The notes: a model not told the origin generated them from the sequence alone. A stretch of 63,021 nt of DNA, filler included, from Kipferlia bialata (GCA_003568945.1; 6 parts of 5 records of this genome joined end to end with filler, not necessarily neighbours in it); one strand, 5' to 3'. Shown: positions 19,081 through 33,800, counted from the first letter of the whole stretch. Program-made: numbers and translations.

Positions 19081-20090
19081 ATGACATCCTGCATCACTCG
19101 ATGCACACAGCTGCCCGGCATTGGAGTGAGACCCGAGCTGGTACACTCTGTATCCGCACCAGCTAGGGATATGGAGTTTCTGCGTCTATACAGGTCAAGG
19201 CATCAGGACGCCGATAGAGGTCTGCTCCCCGGTGGTGTTGGCATAGTGTCAAAGGTCTCAGTTGCGTCACTCGGGGACAACACTGCCATGGTAGTTACCA
19301 CTATGAGCGTCATGCACTACTGGCAGACCTGGTCCATAATGACACTGGATCATGATCACAACGTCACATTCACCCCCATACCTGGTCCTCCCAACCCGGA
19401 AGGCGTCTACAATACAGAGATAGTGCGCATAGGTGGTTCTATCGTGGCCTACGGGGGACTACAGGGCAGGAACCCTAAGACAGATGACTTGGTTCATGGC
19501 TGTGTACTCTATCGACAGTGGGGAGTGGGAGAGTATCCCATACATCGAAGGACACTCACCAGATCCTGTCCTTACGCCCACCTCCTCTGACAGGATTCAT
19601 TCCGAGGGGGATACACTGCTAGTCGCTGGGGGACGGATTGGCAACGGGTGTAGGACTGAGGACATGGAGTGGTCTCTGTGTACTAGGGAGTGGTCCCCTT
19701 CTACATACGACCACCGACGGAACATATCTACTCTCTGGAAAGTCAGGGAGGTCGACAGGTCTGTTAGTGTTGCACTGTACGGCAACCACAGGCTGTGTGT
19801 CTCCAAGGTCTGCCACTCAGATACAGACGGGGTAAGCGGCTATGCCATGTGTTTGATGCTGGACTCAGTCTCTCAGGAGGTAGCGGTAGTAGGAGAGGTT
19901 AGTATACCAGAGCCTGAGCGGCAAGAAGGCGGTGAGATCACCACTGGATCACTCTGCTGCGCTGCTCATGAACCCCTCCACTCTGGTGATAGTAGGGGGG
20001 AGGGCCATTCTAGTCGGTGACATTGACCCCTACTACCTCGGTCCAGAGTACCACACCAGCATGGGTGGCTGGTTCTAAACACCGTGTCTA
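19081..20090 (+). pseudogene. Intronless kelch/beta-propeller-like gene with several frameshifts
   Basis: IVRIGGSIVAYGG continues in another frame as WFMAVYSIDSGEWESIP...LLVAGGR; further shifts near 19960-20010. Confidence 0.5.
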
Positions 20091-20479
20091 TAAGATGGAC
20101 ACCATATATATACACATATAGATGAACAGATTTATAGGCTTCTAGGTCCACACACTAGATTCCAGAAAGTGGATATTCATTAGAGCAATCGCTAAAAGTT
20201 CCAGAGTAGAGAGACAAGAATAGTATGATACTCAAGTCCCTAGCACGAGTAGTATTGTAGCACACCCAGAGCAAACTACTGGACTTCGACTTTTATCTAT
20301 TTCGTCTGCCTCTGACTCGAATATACAAAAATACTGTCAATTCCTTAAAATACACTCTGATCATACTCCACAAAGGTGATGCTGAAGACAGCGTCTAGCG
20401 TCTAGCGTCTAGACCGCCTAGCGTCTCCTGTGCTGGGTATGTCTCTCTCTCTCTCTCTCTCTCTCCCTGTCCCTGTCCC

Positions 20480-23171
20480 TCACATGGCCCTCATACGCAT
20501 CAAGGTGGCGGGAGGGAACTCTGATGTGGGTACACTATATAGATGGTATATATGTATAGTATATATAGAGAGTATACACAAAAGAGGATGTCTATACAAT
20601 CTCATTAGCATCAGGGTGTCGGCAGGGGACGATGGAATCATCAGTGGTAGGGACATTACCATAGTATATATAGTATAATATATATATAGTAACAATATAG
20701 AAACATAACGTAGTATATAGTGTGGGTCACCCACCTGTGAGATGCAGTCTCCTGCCTGTGCACTGGTGCCACATCTCTCTCCCTCTCCCTGTCTCTCTCT
20801 CTCTCCCTCTCCTCCTCTACCAGACCTGAGGGTGAGTAACTGGATACATAGAACACAAATAGTACCATGAGTACATATACACCTACATTTGCCATTGCTG
20901 CCAATATGGATCACAAGTAATATATACTCATATACCTATGTTTGCTGCCTTTGCCATTACTGCCAGCAGGGACATCACATTCTATATATACATAAACACA
21001 CCCCTTACAGATATACAGAACACTGTAGTATAGTGAGTACATACCTATGTTAGCTGCCCTTGCCATTGCTGCCAGTAATGAAGATAAAGATACATAAATA
21101 CACTCCCCTTAGAGTTACATATAATGGACTAGCACCGTGTAGTGAAGTGAGTTTACCTATGTTAGCTGCCTTTGCCATTGCTGCCAGCAGGGACCTGGCC
21201 TCCTCCACACCCCGGGTAAGACTGGAGATCTAGACGGTTAGTAACAACAATAGTACAATAGGGGATAATAGGAAATGGTTAGAGAGGGTATATAGGGAAT
21301 GTACATATAGAGAAAGAGGGACCTGGCCTCCTCCACACCCCGGGTCAGGCTGGAGATCTGGTGTTACAGTGATATACATATATATATATAGATAGATATA
21401 TACAGAATACCCCGGGTCAGGCTGGAGATCTAGAGGGTTAGATAGGGTATATAGGTAATGTACATATAGAGATATGAATACTACACTTCTCCACACCCCT
21501 AGTTAGACTGGAGATCTAGAGGGTTAGAGTATATATATATATGTATATATATACAAACATATATAACCCTAGTAAGAGTGGAGATCTGGAGGATTAGACA
21601 TACATATATATGTGTACATATACAAACATACATGCCCCGGGTCAGGCTGGAGATCTGGGTAAGGTTACATAATACGAAAGAAATAGAAGTCAACTTGATC
21701 CCAAGGGTAGAATACCAACATGCTTCACGGTGCAAATCTCCATATACTTAACCAACAGCCAATAGTAATTTATGTATATATATGTGAGTAAACACAACAT
21801 ACCTCTGCATCGAGCACACTGGCGTGCCTGCCATGGGCCTCGGCATCCTGGGGGTGGAGATGCATTGTGTATGTAAATATATGTATATACACATATATAT
21901 ACATACACACATATGTATTATACATGATATACATGATATACAAGTAGAAGTATACCTGTCTAACATGGACCAGCTCCTCACTGGCCATGGACGTGGCATA
22001 TATATACAAAGTAGATAAGCACAGAATATATATAATATGTATATATATTACTATACTATATAGTAATACTGTGTCTCACCTGTCTGACATGGACCAGCTC
22101 CTCACTGGCCATAGAAGTGGCCTGGCGCACAGCATCAGAGAGAGACCTAGAGTGAGATATCCAGTGATATTCATGCACATATATATTGAGAGAGAGGGAG
22201 GGAGAAGATTGGCCTAGCGCACAGCGTCTCAGTGAGGCCTAGAGGGTAACCAATGTATATACATAAAGACAGAGGGAGAAACAGAGGGAGAGTGGGGGAG
22301 AATGGTACTCATACACTCACCTGCTCTCTCTCTTGGCCTGTTCCAGTGCCTCTCTCAGAGCCTCTCTCTCCCCCTCTCCCTCTCCCTCTCTCTCTGCCAT
22401 CTGTCTCTCTCTCTCGCTCTGCTCACGCCTGGGGTCAGCAAATGGTAATACGGTAATACACATTGTTATTCAATACATATATACTAACCTTGTGTTATCC
22501 AGCTCTGCCTCTACTAGTTCCAGCTTGGTCTTGGTGGATGCCAGCTGGGAGGTGGCAGCATCAAGCATGGACTGACATGAGATGAAGGTATATGCATTCT
22601 AGATATACACATAAAGCGATACATATTGATATATATATATATATATAATATGTCAATGGTGGCTGCATGGTCTTAGAGAGTGATCTATAGCTATATGTAC
22701 TACTAACAATAGTTATATATTGTATATTGTGGCAACATCATATATGGACTGGTTAGTGCACAGTATATACAGTATAATAGATAGATGAGAGTGGTCATGG
22801 GTATCCATACCTGCAGCTTTGTGGAGAAGTCATTATGTATGTCTACTTATACGTATAGACAATACTATTTGCTTTCTGTATGCCATCATAGACGTATATG
22901 TGTCTATGACACAAATATTTTTACGTACCTGCAGCTTCGTGGAGAAGTCTCTGAAGTGGGTGATGTCCCGTGTCGCCCTGGGGTGAGTATGGTACACAGC
23001 ACGATGGTATTATTAATTTCTATCACAGAGACAATAGAAGCCATTCAATGAAACGATGTCAAACCTGTTCAGCTTGTCTGTGAGTGTTGCCTCCCTGGCC
23101 TTGATTCCGAATACTCTCTCTCTCTCTCTATATATATATATATGAACTATCTTCATACCTGTTTAGCTTGC

Positions 23172-23208
<37 letters not shown>

Positions 23209-23265
23209 CAATTCCTGTTCAGCTTGTCTGTGAGTGTTGCCTCCCTGGTCTTGATTCCGTATATA

Positions 23266-23302
<37 letters not shown>

Positions 23303-23484
23303 CTATATATACACTATCATTATACCTGTTCAGCTTGTCCGTGAGTGCCGCATCCCTGGCCTTGATTCCATATACTCTCTATCTCTCTCTCTCTCTCTAT
23401 ATATATATAGATAGATATAAGTATACATACTATACCTGTTCAGATTGTCTGTGAGTGTTGCCTCCCTGGCCTTGATTCGGTAGA

Positions 23485-23529
<45 letters not shown>

Positions 23530-26500
23530 CTATTTATACCTATTCAACTTGTCAGCCAGTGTTGCCTCCCTGGCCTTGCTTCCATATACTCTCTCTCTCT
23601 CTCTCTCTCCCTCTCTCTCTCTCTATATATACACTATCCTTATACCTGTTGAGCTTGTCTGCCAGTGTTGCCTCCCTCCCCTTGATGTCAGACAGGGCAG
23701 ACAGGGCAATGTCTCTATCAGCCTCGGCCTGGGTATTAGAGTATATAACAGGTGGTAAATAGTACACTGGTACATATGCACTAGTACAGAAAGAGAGGGC
23801 AGTGTCCCGGTCAGCCTCAGCCTGGGGTGAGTGTATTTATACTTGCTCTTCTAGAGCTCTTCTACATCCTAGTATGAGTATTGTCAGACAGGGCGGCGTC
23901 TCTATCGGCCTCGGCCTGGGTATAAGGAAGAACACTAGCAGGTTCTCAAACCATGTGCAGAGAGTGAATCAGTTACCATAGATGTATTTGAACATATATA
24001 TACCTTGGCTAGGCTCTCCTCCAGTCTGGCCACCCTGGTATCAGCCTCCCTCTCTCTCTCCCTGTCCTGGAGTCCCTCCCTGGCCTTCTCCTGATATTAG
24101 TGTATGCGTTATACTAATACGTAATATTAGATATGGAACACAACAAGTATTTTTATGTGACTGTCTAGTACTACTAGACCCCCCCTGCCCTTCTCCTGTC
24201 ATTAGGGTATGCGGTATCCATTATACTTATAATTATACACATATATCACAATACTATATCGGAAACGTTTGACAAATACAATTATGACGAGGTATATAGT
24301 ATCTATACTAGACCCTCCCTGGCCTTCTCATGGGGGCCAGTGTATGTATATACATGTATATACATGTAATGTTAGGACTGATTCAATAATGAAACAATGC
24401 ACATACCAGCTGACTAAGTGCCTCGTGCTGCTTCTCTATAGATACAAAAACTCATATATGCATATATACATGTATCTACACATTGCAACATACTAGTCTC
24501 ACCAGCTGACCGAGTGCCTCGATATATATAAATATTCTATATGTATGCGTATGTATATGTGCATGTATCTACTCACCAGCTGACTGAGTGCCTCGTGCTG
24601 CTTGGCCCTGGATATCACACAGGTCTGCTTGGCAGATCTAGAGGGTGAGACTAAGACCTATCTGTACTATAGTGGCGTCTGTTAAGACCTCTCTATACTA
24701 TAGAGTAGTCATTGCATTAATCACGGTGGAGTGTATAGCACACACAGTACCTGAGGTCCAGGGACAGCCTCTCAATCTTGGCCTCTCTCTCGGCCAGAGT
24801 CTCAGTCAGCTGGGGTGAAAAAGGGTTTAACTCATCGATAAAAGGGTCTAGTATACCTGTGCTACTGCAGCGGCGTCTCTCTCCCTCTCCTCAGCGGCTG
24901 CTGCTCTCTCTCTCTCCCTCTCTCTCTCCCTCTCCTGCTCGGTGAGGGTCAGGGCACTCTGGGTGCTGAGGGTGAGGGTTGAATAACATGTAAGAATACA
25001 CGTACACATATATATAGAGAGATAGAACAAGGTGTGGGTCAGGGCGCTCTGGGTCCTAGAGGTAAGACACATATATGTAGTATATATATAGAGAGAGAGA
25101 GAAAGAGAGCAATGTGTGGGTCAGGGCACTCTGGGTGCTGAGGGTGAGGGTTGAATAACATGGAAGAATACACGTATACATATATAGAGAGAGATACAAC
25201 AAGGTGTGGGTCAGGGCGCTCTGGGTGCTGAGGTTAGATATGAATGCTATATAATATATATATTTGAAAAGAGAGAGAGAGAGAGAGAGAGAGAGAACAA
25301 GGTGTGGGTCAGGGCAGTCTAGGTGCTAGAGGTAAGACGCATAGATATGGTCTATACATATATCTAGAGTGTATATATACTCACCCAGCGACAGCAGCCT
25401 GGGATATGGCCAGCTCCTCCTTGAGGTCAGACACCACCTCCTCCAGTCTCTCTCTCTCCCTCCTCTCCTTCTCCCTCTCGGCCTCCTCCCTCGACCACTC
25501 CTGAGGGGTCAGACGACACGAATAGACACAAATGTAGCCAAAAAATAGACTTCACACTTATATTTCAATGAATCATTACCTCAGCATTGCGGTCCCTCTC
25601 TACATATACTTATATATATATATACATATATATATTCAGTATACCAATACCTGGGCGTTGCGGTCCCTGTCGGCACTCACAGTCTCCAGCTCCTGATGGG
25701 CCTTCTGGACCCTCTCTCTCTCTCCCTCCCTCTCCCTCTCACTCTCCTCTAGCAGGCGCTGCAGACTGGAGGTTAAGTAAAGGGTGTAGTGAGTGTTAAA
25801 AGGGTCTAGGTATACCTCTGGCATGATGCAGTCAGTGACTCAATCTCTGCCTGGCGCTCAGTCTCTCTCTCTGCCTCTCTCTCCCTCTCCTCTGCGCGTG
25901 CCCTCTCTCTCTCCTCCTCAGCCTGTCTCATCACCTGCACCTCTCTCTCTCTCTCTCTCTCAGACTCAGAAGGGGACTGGGCACTCTCACGCTGGGCCTC
26001 AACAACGCCTTGCGAGTTAGCAACAAACGGTGATATATGTACTCTTGTTATATATAACGCGAGATAGCATACCTGTGAGCTTCTCGACATCCATGGAGAC
26101 AGCGACGTACTCAGCGTAGACCTCCTGAGGTAAGAGAGAGAAGATACTGGCTGAATAACGAAGTAGCAACATATGTATATTGTATATACCTTAGCATACT
26201 GCTCCATCTTGTCCACCCTCTCCTGGCTGTCCCTTAGTTGGGTGGACAGGTCACATATATATATATATATATATATACAGTATATATAGTATGTATACAG
26301 TATATATATACCTTAGCATACTGCTCCATCTTATCCACCCTCTCCTGACTATCCCTTAGTTGGGTGGACAGGTCATTGATCTGGGCAGTCAGCACGGCCT
26401 CCCTGTCAGTACCAAGGTCAACCTGGAGGGTGAGTCTTAGCCAGCAGAGGATCGAGATAATAACCAAAAGACAACTCATACGTATGTACATATTACCTCA

Positions 26501-26696
26501 GCCCTGAGCTCTCTCTCTCTCTCCCTGGCGGCACTGAGTGCCAGAGACACACTCTCAGACCTGGCCTGCTCCCTGTGCATCTTGGACCTGAAATAAGGGT
26601 GTAGAGGGAGAGAGAAAATGAAATAAGGGTGTAAAGGGAGAGAGTAAGTACAATAAGGGTCTAGTGGGAGCGAGATGAAATTCTGAAATTAAGGGT

Positions 26697-26737
<41 letters not shown>

Positions 26738-27608
26738 CTGATGTCCTCCAGTGCATTCCTCAGCACATCGAGGTCAGCCTCCAGCTTGGTGCGGCGCTCT
26801 GATGTTAGAACTTAAACTACAAAAAAGCTCTTATACATTATACTATATACACTATTAACACATGATATCTTAACACACCTGAGCACAGGTTGAACTGGGC
26901 AGATGCATTGGCAGCCTCTCTCTCGGCCTGGATCCTGGCCTCTCTCTCTCCCTCGTATCTCTCTCTCTCCCTAAGGGGTTAAGCAAGTACACACATATAT
27001 GTACCAGACTATGACACTCAGTACATAATATTACAGTTAGTTATACCTCTCGTATCTCTCTGAGTCCCTGCTGGCCAGGGCATCGGAGGCAAGAGACTGG
27101 GGGTGAGGGATATACATATATTGTACATGAGCTACATAGTATTGTATTCCATATCAATATATGATACTTTCAGGTGGCTCTGCACCTCCATGACCCACGA
27201 GGATGGGTCAATATATACACTATATACTACTCATATCTTACCGAACTATACACATATATATGTATATACATATATATATATGCTATATACCTTCAGGTGG
27301 CTCTGCACCTCCATGACCCATGAGGATGGGTCCATATATATACACTATATACTACACATATCCTACCGTACTATATATATATATACAATATTAAGACATA
27401 CATATACCTTGAGGTGGCTCTGCACCTCCATGACCCATGAGGATGGGTCCATGCCCATAGAAGAGCCAAAGGAGCTGCCTGAGATTAAAGAATTAACAGC
27501 TCACATTTTTACACATACTATATAAACACATACATATATGTATATACTATATATATAGTTGCGCATGAGTAGAGGGACCCATGGAGCCAAAGGAGCCTCC
27601 TGGGGTGA

Positions 27609-27640
<32 letters not shown>

Positions 27641-27820
27641 CTAATATATATAAGTCGGATTGCTTAAACTTGTGGTATATAGTATATACTCCTTACATGC
27701 TATACTCGATTACCTAGTGTCTGTGACATGCCCAAGTGTGGTGACATGGCACCAGGGGATGGGGGTGCAACAGAGTTGGACAGACTGGCAGCCTGGGCCT
27801 TGAGAGTGGATATCTCATCC
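20480..27820 (-). CDS. Large coiled-coil protein, multi-exon, 5' truncated
   Basis: Exons are rich in E/R/A/L heptads (e.g. INDLSTQLRDSQERVDKMEQYAK, ALSDIKGREATLADKLN) with GT-AG boundaries; final exon ends PPATLMRMRAM*. Confidence 0.7.
23062..23690 (-). repeat. Intronic array of about 6 exon-end echoes separated by (CT)n/(TA)n
   Basis: Repeated + strand unit acctgttcagcttgtc...gttgcctccctggccttg. Confidence 0.9.
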
Positions 27821-27836
27821 CTGGAGTCAATAGTAA

Positions 27837-27936
27837 NNNNNNNNNNNNNNNNNNNNNNNNNNNNNNNNNNNNNNNNNNNNTTAATTAATTAANNNNNNNN
27901 NNNNNNNNNNNNNNNNNNNNNNNNNNNNNNNNNNNN
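27837..27936. other. Artificial contig spacer
   Basis: N pad plus TTAATTAATTAA. Confidence 0.97.
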
Positions 27937-27942
27937 TCTCCC

Positions 27943-27977
<35 letters not shown>

Positions 27978-28051
27978 CCTCACCTGATGTCCTACTCACC
28001 GGTCCATATCTCTTCCATGTATGCCCCCCTCTCTCCCACATCTAATGCCAG

Positions 28052-30563
28052 ACCAGCCCCCCAGGGAGGGAGACGGGTTTGCCCTGCCCCCTGGCCTCAC
28101 TGTGGTGGACGTGATAGCAGACTACCTCTCTCTCATGAGGGGCAGGATAGAGGTGGGGGAAGGGTCGCTATACATATTGATGCCCGTACTATGATGAATA
28201 CTCTTTCTCATGTGTATTATTCATAATATGATGGACAGTTACACTCTTTAACCCCCAGGCCCAGATTGCCGCTAAGTATGGCGGGGTGGGCCTGACTCTG
28301 GCTGATGTGCAGTGGTGCCTCACAGTACCTGCCATGGTACGTGGGGGGTGTATAGATGTGTGTATGTGTCTAGAGGTTAGCACTGTTAGTAACAGTGTCC
28401 TCTCTCTCTACCCCCCTCCCTCTCCCCTCCTCTATCTCCAGTGGATTGACTGTGCCTCTCTCTCTCTCTCTCTCTCTTACCCCTTAGTGGACTGACTGTG
28501 CCAAGGGCCAGATGAGACAGGCAGTGCTCAAGGCAGGTGGGGGGGGACATGAGTATGCAAGTATGCATAGCTATGAAACACTGGATTGAACTGGTATTAT
28601 AGTGTCTCCTCTTTCAGTCCCCTCTCTGACCCCAGGCCTCATCCCCGACCTCCACTCTGACAGACTCCTACTGGTGGCAGAGCCCGAGGCAGCAGCCGTG
28701 TACTGCAGGGACAAGGTGTGATATATATAGATATGAGTGTATCTGCATTAGTGTTCAGGATGTATATACCATGTCGTATCCGTGAACAGTCATACCCCTG
28801 CTACACAACGCCCTCCGTATTGACCCTGACTCCCAGGGTGGTCAGTACGAGATGCAGGAGGGTGAGACCTTCATGGTGGTTGATGCAGGTATGCATCACT
28901 AGCCACATACTTCAATACACATGTCCGATTGCATCTCCCCCCCCCCCTACCACTCAGGCGGTGGCACTGTGGACCTCACTGTGCACACCCTGCAGGATGG
29001 CCTGTTGGCAGAGGTGGCCAGGGGGCACGGGGACACATGCGGGGCAGCCTTTGTGAATGATGCCTTCATGCAGCATGTAAGGCACCAGCTGAGGGATGAA
29101 GATGACTATGTGGACAGGACACTTGCCAAGCACCCCTCCGACGCAGCCAGCCTCCACAAGGAGTGGGAGCTGGTACGTGTATGAGTGTAGAGTGTGTTAT
29201 CTTGTGTCTTTCCAAGCTCTCAGTTTGTGTCACCCCTCTCCCCCCTTGATATCTGACCCCCAGAAGAAGTACCAGGTGTCCGCTGACGGGGAGGATGCCG
29301 TATCTATAGCACTTCCCACACACATAGTGAGGGAGATGCCATCAGAGGTCATGGAGAGGTGGGGGTGTATGCACTATACCATGCAATATCTCTCGTTTTG
29401 TCCTGTCTTACACACCCTTCTGTGATCATACATCCCCCCCTCACCCTAGACTGGAGGACATCAACGAGGATGCCGACAACCACGAGGACCTCTTCCTGAG
29501 CCCCGAGGAGCAGCGGTCCCTCTTTGACCCCTCCCTCGATGGGGTACTGAGGCTAATAGAGGAGCAGCTGGACAGGGTTGAGGGGGCACAGGTGGATCTG
29601 ATGCTACTGGTGAGTGGGGGTGGTGCGTAACGTCTTCTCTACTGCTAGTCTTTAGTGTTAACTCTAACTGGTAGGTCGGGGGCTTCAGTGGGTCTCCCTA
29701 TCTCTGCAGCAGAGTGAGAGAGGCATTCGGTAACAGGGTGTCCCGGATAGTCAGCCCACCCAACCCAGGTGTCTACACGTGTACATATGTGTACCTATAT
29801 ATGTATATCGGAGGAATGTCTGTAGGGTGAGACTATTATTGATCCCACCTCCCCCTCACCCTTCAGGCTCAGCCGTTGTCCATGGCGCCACCCTGTATGG
29901 CCTCAACCCCTTGGTTGTGGCTGCCCGCAGAGCCAGGTATTGTGTGGTACTCCTACGGCATCAGTATCAGTATCTATCAGTATCTATATAAACTACTACT
30001 GAGACTGATGCCAGGTACTCCTATGGCATCAGGCAGACGGTGGCATATGACGACAAGAATGAGGCACACGTGGCTAGACGGGACTGCACGAGGCCATGCC
30101 CGAACAGCCTGTGCGATGTGTTCCCCAACCGCTTTGCATCCTTTGTCAGGAGGGGGGACAGCCTGCCCGAGGACGAGTGCGTGACCAAGAGGTACAAGCC
30201 TCGGTCCGCCACCCAGCGAGAGGTTGTGCTACAGCTCTACTATGCTGAGAGTGACGACCCCTTCTTTGTACCGATGGAGGGGGAGAGGGGCATGGACGAT
30301 CAGCCAGTCAGGCCACTGGGGGAGCCCATCGCCATCAGCCTCCCACACCCGTCCACCACAACGGCTGACAGGTGGGGAGAGCTATATGAGTAAGTGTGGT
30401 ATAATGTGTTGTACTGTATGCCATATTCAATCCCCCCCCTGCCTCACCCAGGACTGTTGAGGTGTCCATGTACTTTGGCACCTCAGAGATCAGGGTCAAC
30501 ATAGTGCCATGCTGCGACACCCGGAAACGGGTCCAGAGGAGCATAGAGTTCAACCTCGACTAG
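28052..30563 (+). CDS. Hsp70-family atypical protein (HSPA12-like), 5' truncated
   Basis: VIADYL, QWCLTVPAMW, EPEAAAVYC, FMVVDAGGGTVDL, LVGGFSGSPYL, AVVHGA, ARYSYG, MYFGTSEI; stop at 30561-30563. Confidence 0.88.
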
Positions 30564-30829
30564 ACAGGACATCCATAAATCACAGCTGAGGAAGTGAGCT
30601 CTTATCATGTCGTCCCGCATTTACACACTTCGAATGTAGTATACCCTAACTGAATCCCTGTCGTCCCAGTATTGGGACTTCATACTGGAATACAAATCTG
30701 ACTCCCTTCGGGAAATGATCTATTAATGATACGAAGCGTTCTCAGTTGAGGTTTAGACCAGATGGTCCATCTAGAAACTGACTATGTGGTAGGTAAGTTG
30801 AGCTTCTGTGCTCGACTCCTCTCTCCTCC

Positions 30830-33800
30830 TTACTTGACAATGCCCAACAGCACCACTCCCTCCACACCTCTGTCATCAGCATATCCCTCCCTGGGGGTGA
30901 GTGTGTGACTACCGTGTATAAACAGATTCGTATATGAATACTGTGACACGGTATAGTGTATGACTATCGTGGTTATTACGTATATATATACTGTGACACG
31001 GTGTGAATAGTGACCCACCTGATGTGTATGTGCTGCTGTGGAGACACAGGTGTTGGCCTACTCGTCTTGGGCACAGGTGACCGTGGGGTTGGGGTGGTGT
31101 TGGTCCTCGACAGCACGGCCAGGGTCTTGAACATAGTGACAAAGGCTGGGGCATCAGACGCACCCACACACTGCGAGTAGGCTCGGAAGGCATCTCGGTA
31201 CAGAGCCGCAGGGCCGTCCTCGTCACTATCTCCCTCACTCTCAGGCTTGCACTCGTACTTGTTCTCGGTGTCAGGCTCAACAGTAGCCCTGACCACATCC
31301 CCGAATGAGAAGAAGGATATGCGCATCTTCTGAGAACTCCTAAGCAACTGGTAGATGTGGCTACACACAGCAACACCGTTCAGAGGGGCCAGGGACTCCA
31401 TCAGTCTGGGTATGAGGCAGGAATACTTAGGGACAAGCATGTGAGTACGAGCGGGTATCAGTGTCCATACCTGGCATGTGTGGAGGCCATGCCGAATATC
31501 TCATGGGCCACTCTGAACCTGGGGGTGAGGTGGTAGTATATCGTAGCGGTGATTATATATATAGCTGTACATCGCATGTGCCTGCCAAGTAGGGCTGCAA
31601 ATCCAGGCCCCATTGCCACCCCACATCTGATGTCCATGGGCACTTGCAGGGCATCAAACACACGCTTCGCACATTGGGACAGTTCGTGACTGGCCTGTCG
31701 TTAGCTTGTCACGCGTTCCCTACAGAATACGTGCATCGCCCCTACCTGCACAGTTAGTGCCACTATCCTAGTGATGTCCAACAACGAGCAGCCAGCGAGC
31801 TCCTGTGCCGTGAAGGGCCTCATCACTTCATAGGCATCTCCCACAGTCTTGACCTAGGGTGAGACTCTACAAAAACATCACACAGACTAGTATACACGAT
31901 CCCCCACCTTCACTATCCCCACTGCCTCGTACTTGGCCACCAGTCTGTCAAAGGCTGTGAATATCACACTCAGCACCTGCACAACCTGGCCTCCATGCTC
32001 AGTGCAGTAGCTGGGGGTGGGAGATGACTCGTGTATGTATAGATTCAGTCCTAACCCTGTATACAAACGAAACGTCAGACTCATATTTGGATAGTACCTG
32101 GTGAACCTAGCGATGTCTAGCTTTGTGTAGAGCATCAAGGGGTAGTATATGATCTTGCCCTCCCCCATCAGAGCCCTCTCTGCCTCAGTTGCAAACAGGG
32201 TGATGGCTGTATCTCCTTCAGCCACAGTGTCTGTGTCTGCCTCTGGTGTCTCCTCATCTGCTATCCCACCCTGCAGCCTGGGGGTCTTCCACACCTTGGT
32301 GGGTGGGGGTGCGAGGGAGGCAGGGACACCGGCCTCGAGATCAATCACAGCAGGGTTCTGGTTGGGAAGGGGGAAGGAGGGTGGAGTGGTGATGCCGACG
32401 GGACTAGCGATGGTTCCCATCGGTGCTTGGGATGGGGCGGGGGTGGCAGCAACCGGCCCATCGGGGTGATACACAGTGTCTATGATACGGGCAACATATC
32501 TGAAGTGTGAGTATGACCTGCAAATAGACTCGCAGTTAGAAAGTATCTTCCTACCTCACGGCCTCTGGGTGGGAGAGCTTGACCCTGGTGCTGCTCCGTG
32601 ACTTGTTGTCTGAGTTGGCCAACTCCTTGATCTGGTCGTGGAAGAGGGACAGAAGTATGGTGCCCTCAATGGCTGTGGACACGTGGTTGTCCTCAAGGAT
32701 CCTGGTGTTAGACATATATGTATAAGACATGAGTGTGACTCTCTATATACCGTGCCTCATGACCCTGACTGCATCCTTGTGCCGCATGGGGGCAAAGAAC
32801 TGGGAGGTCCTGGGGATGAGCTACTCCATTGGCAAATAGGACTGATGATACTAGTCACCCTATGTACCTGGCTAGGGTTGGTGTCAGTGGGCTCATGAAT
32901 CTACCCGATGCCACTCTGGACACCAACACCTTGGTGGCCACAATCTCTACAATGAAGGTAACACCCACATGCATAGACACAACCTGGGATTAACATACTT
33001 AGGGTAGCTCCCTAGAAATATCTAGAGAACTCTCTATGGTAGGGACTCTGTCCCATACCTGCATGATGCCCTGCAGCACAGCAAACATGGCACATAGGGG
33101 GGCACCACACGTGATGTAGTTACCTCTGGGGAAAAGGGTTCCACCGTAGACTGGGGTCAGAGGGATAAGTGTACTGCTCACACAGTATATAGCGATGTAC
33201 TCACTTCCGAGACACTGGTACACGACATATCTCAGGAACTGGGCCAGCACACTCTGATGAAGGGGCATGGACATAAGGGCCACCATGGAGTCCATGATCA
33301 TTATGAGCACAACATTCTGGGGGTAAGTGAGTAAATATATCGGTAACACAAGAGTAGTCACACCAAATAGGTGGCTGTCTGGTGTAAGATACACGGCACT
33401 CACCCAGACGTTTGGCAACAGGTCACTGATGGTACCGGCCCCAGACCCACTGTACTCTTGGTGGTCAGAGATAGTGTATGACGTGAATATGTATGTTCAT
33501 TGTACTTGCCGGACTGAGAGTGTGGAGAACTGCTGCATAGAGATACACTTGCCACTCACGTGCGACCTTGATCATGCTGGCAGCTGTGACAAGTGCCACC
33601 GAAGAGAGAACGGTAACAAGGTGGCCAGTGAGGACAAACAAGTCCATGCATCGGTGGTAGGGGGCCAGTGCCTATCAGTCAGTACCATATACAGGTAGTA
33701 GTGCTGGAAACATGATTGTGAGATATCAGTAGTGATTGTAAGAGTCACCTGCCGAATTGTGTTGGTGCCTGGCTGTGTAATGGCTCCCTCCATCGTCCTG

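Noticed and set aside
20390..20427. Tandem AGCGTCT 7-mers
   Set aside because: Too short and isolated to call an element end or a regulatory array.
23062..23690. Repeat-spacer arrays resembling CRISPR
   Set aside because: The repeats are exon-end copies, the spacers are microsatellites, there are no cas genes and the DNA is eukaryotic.
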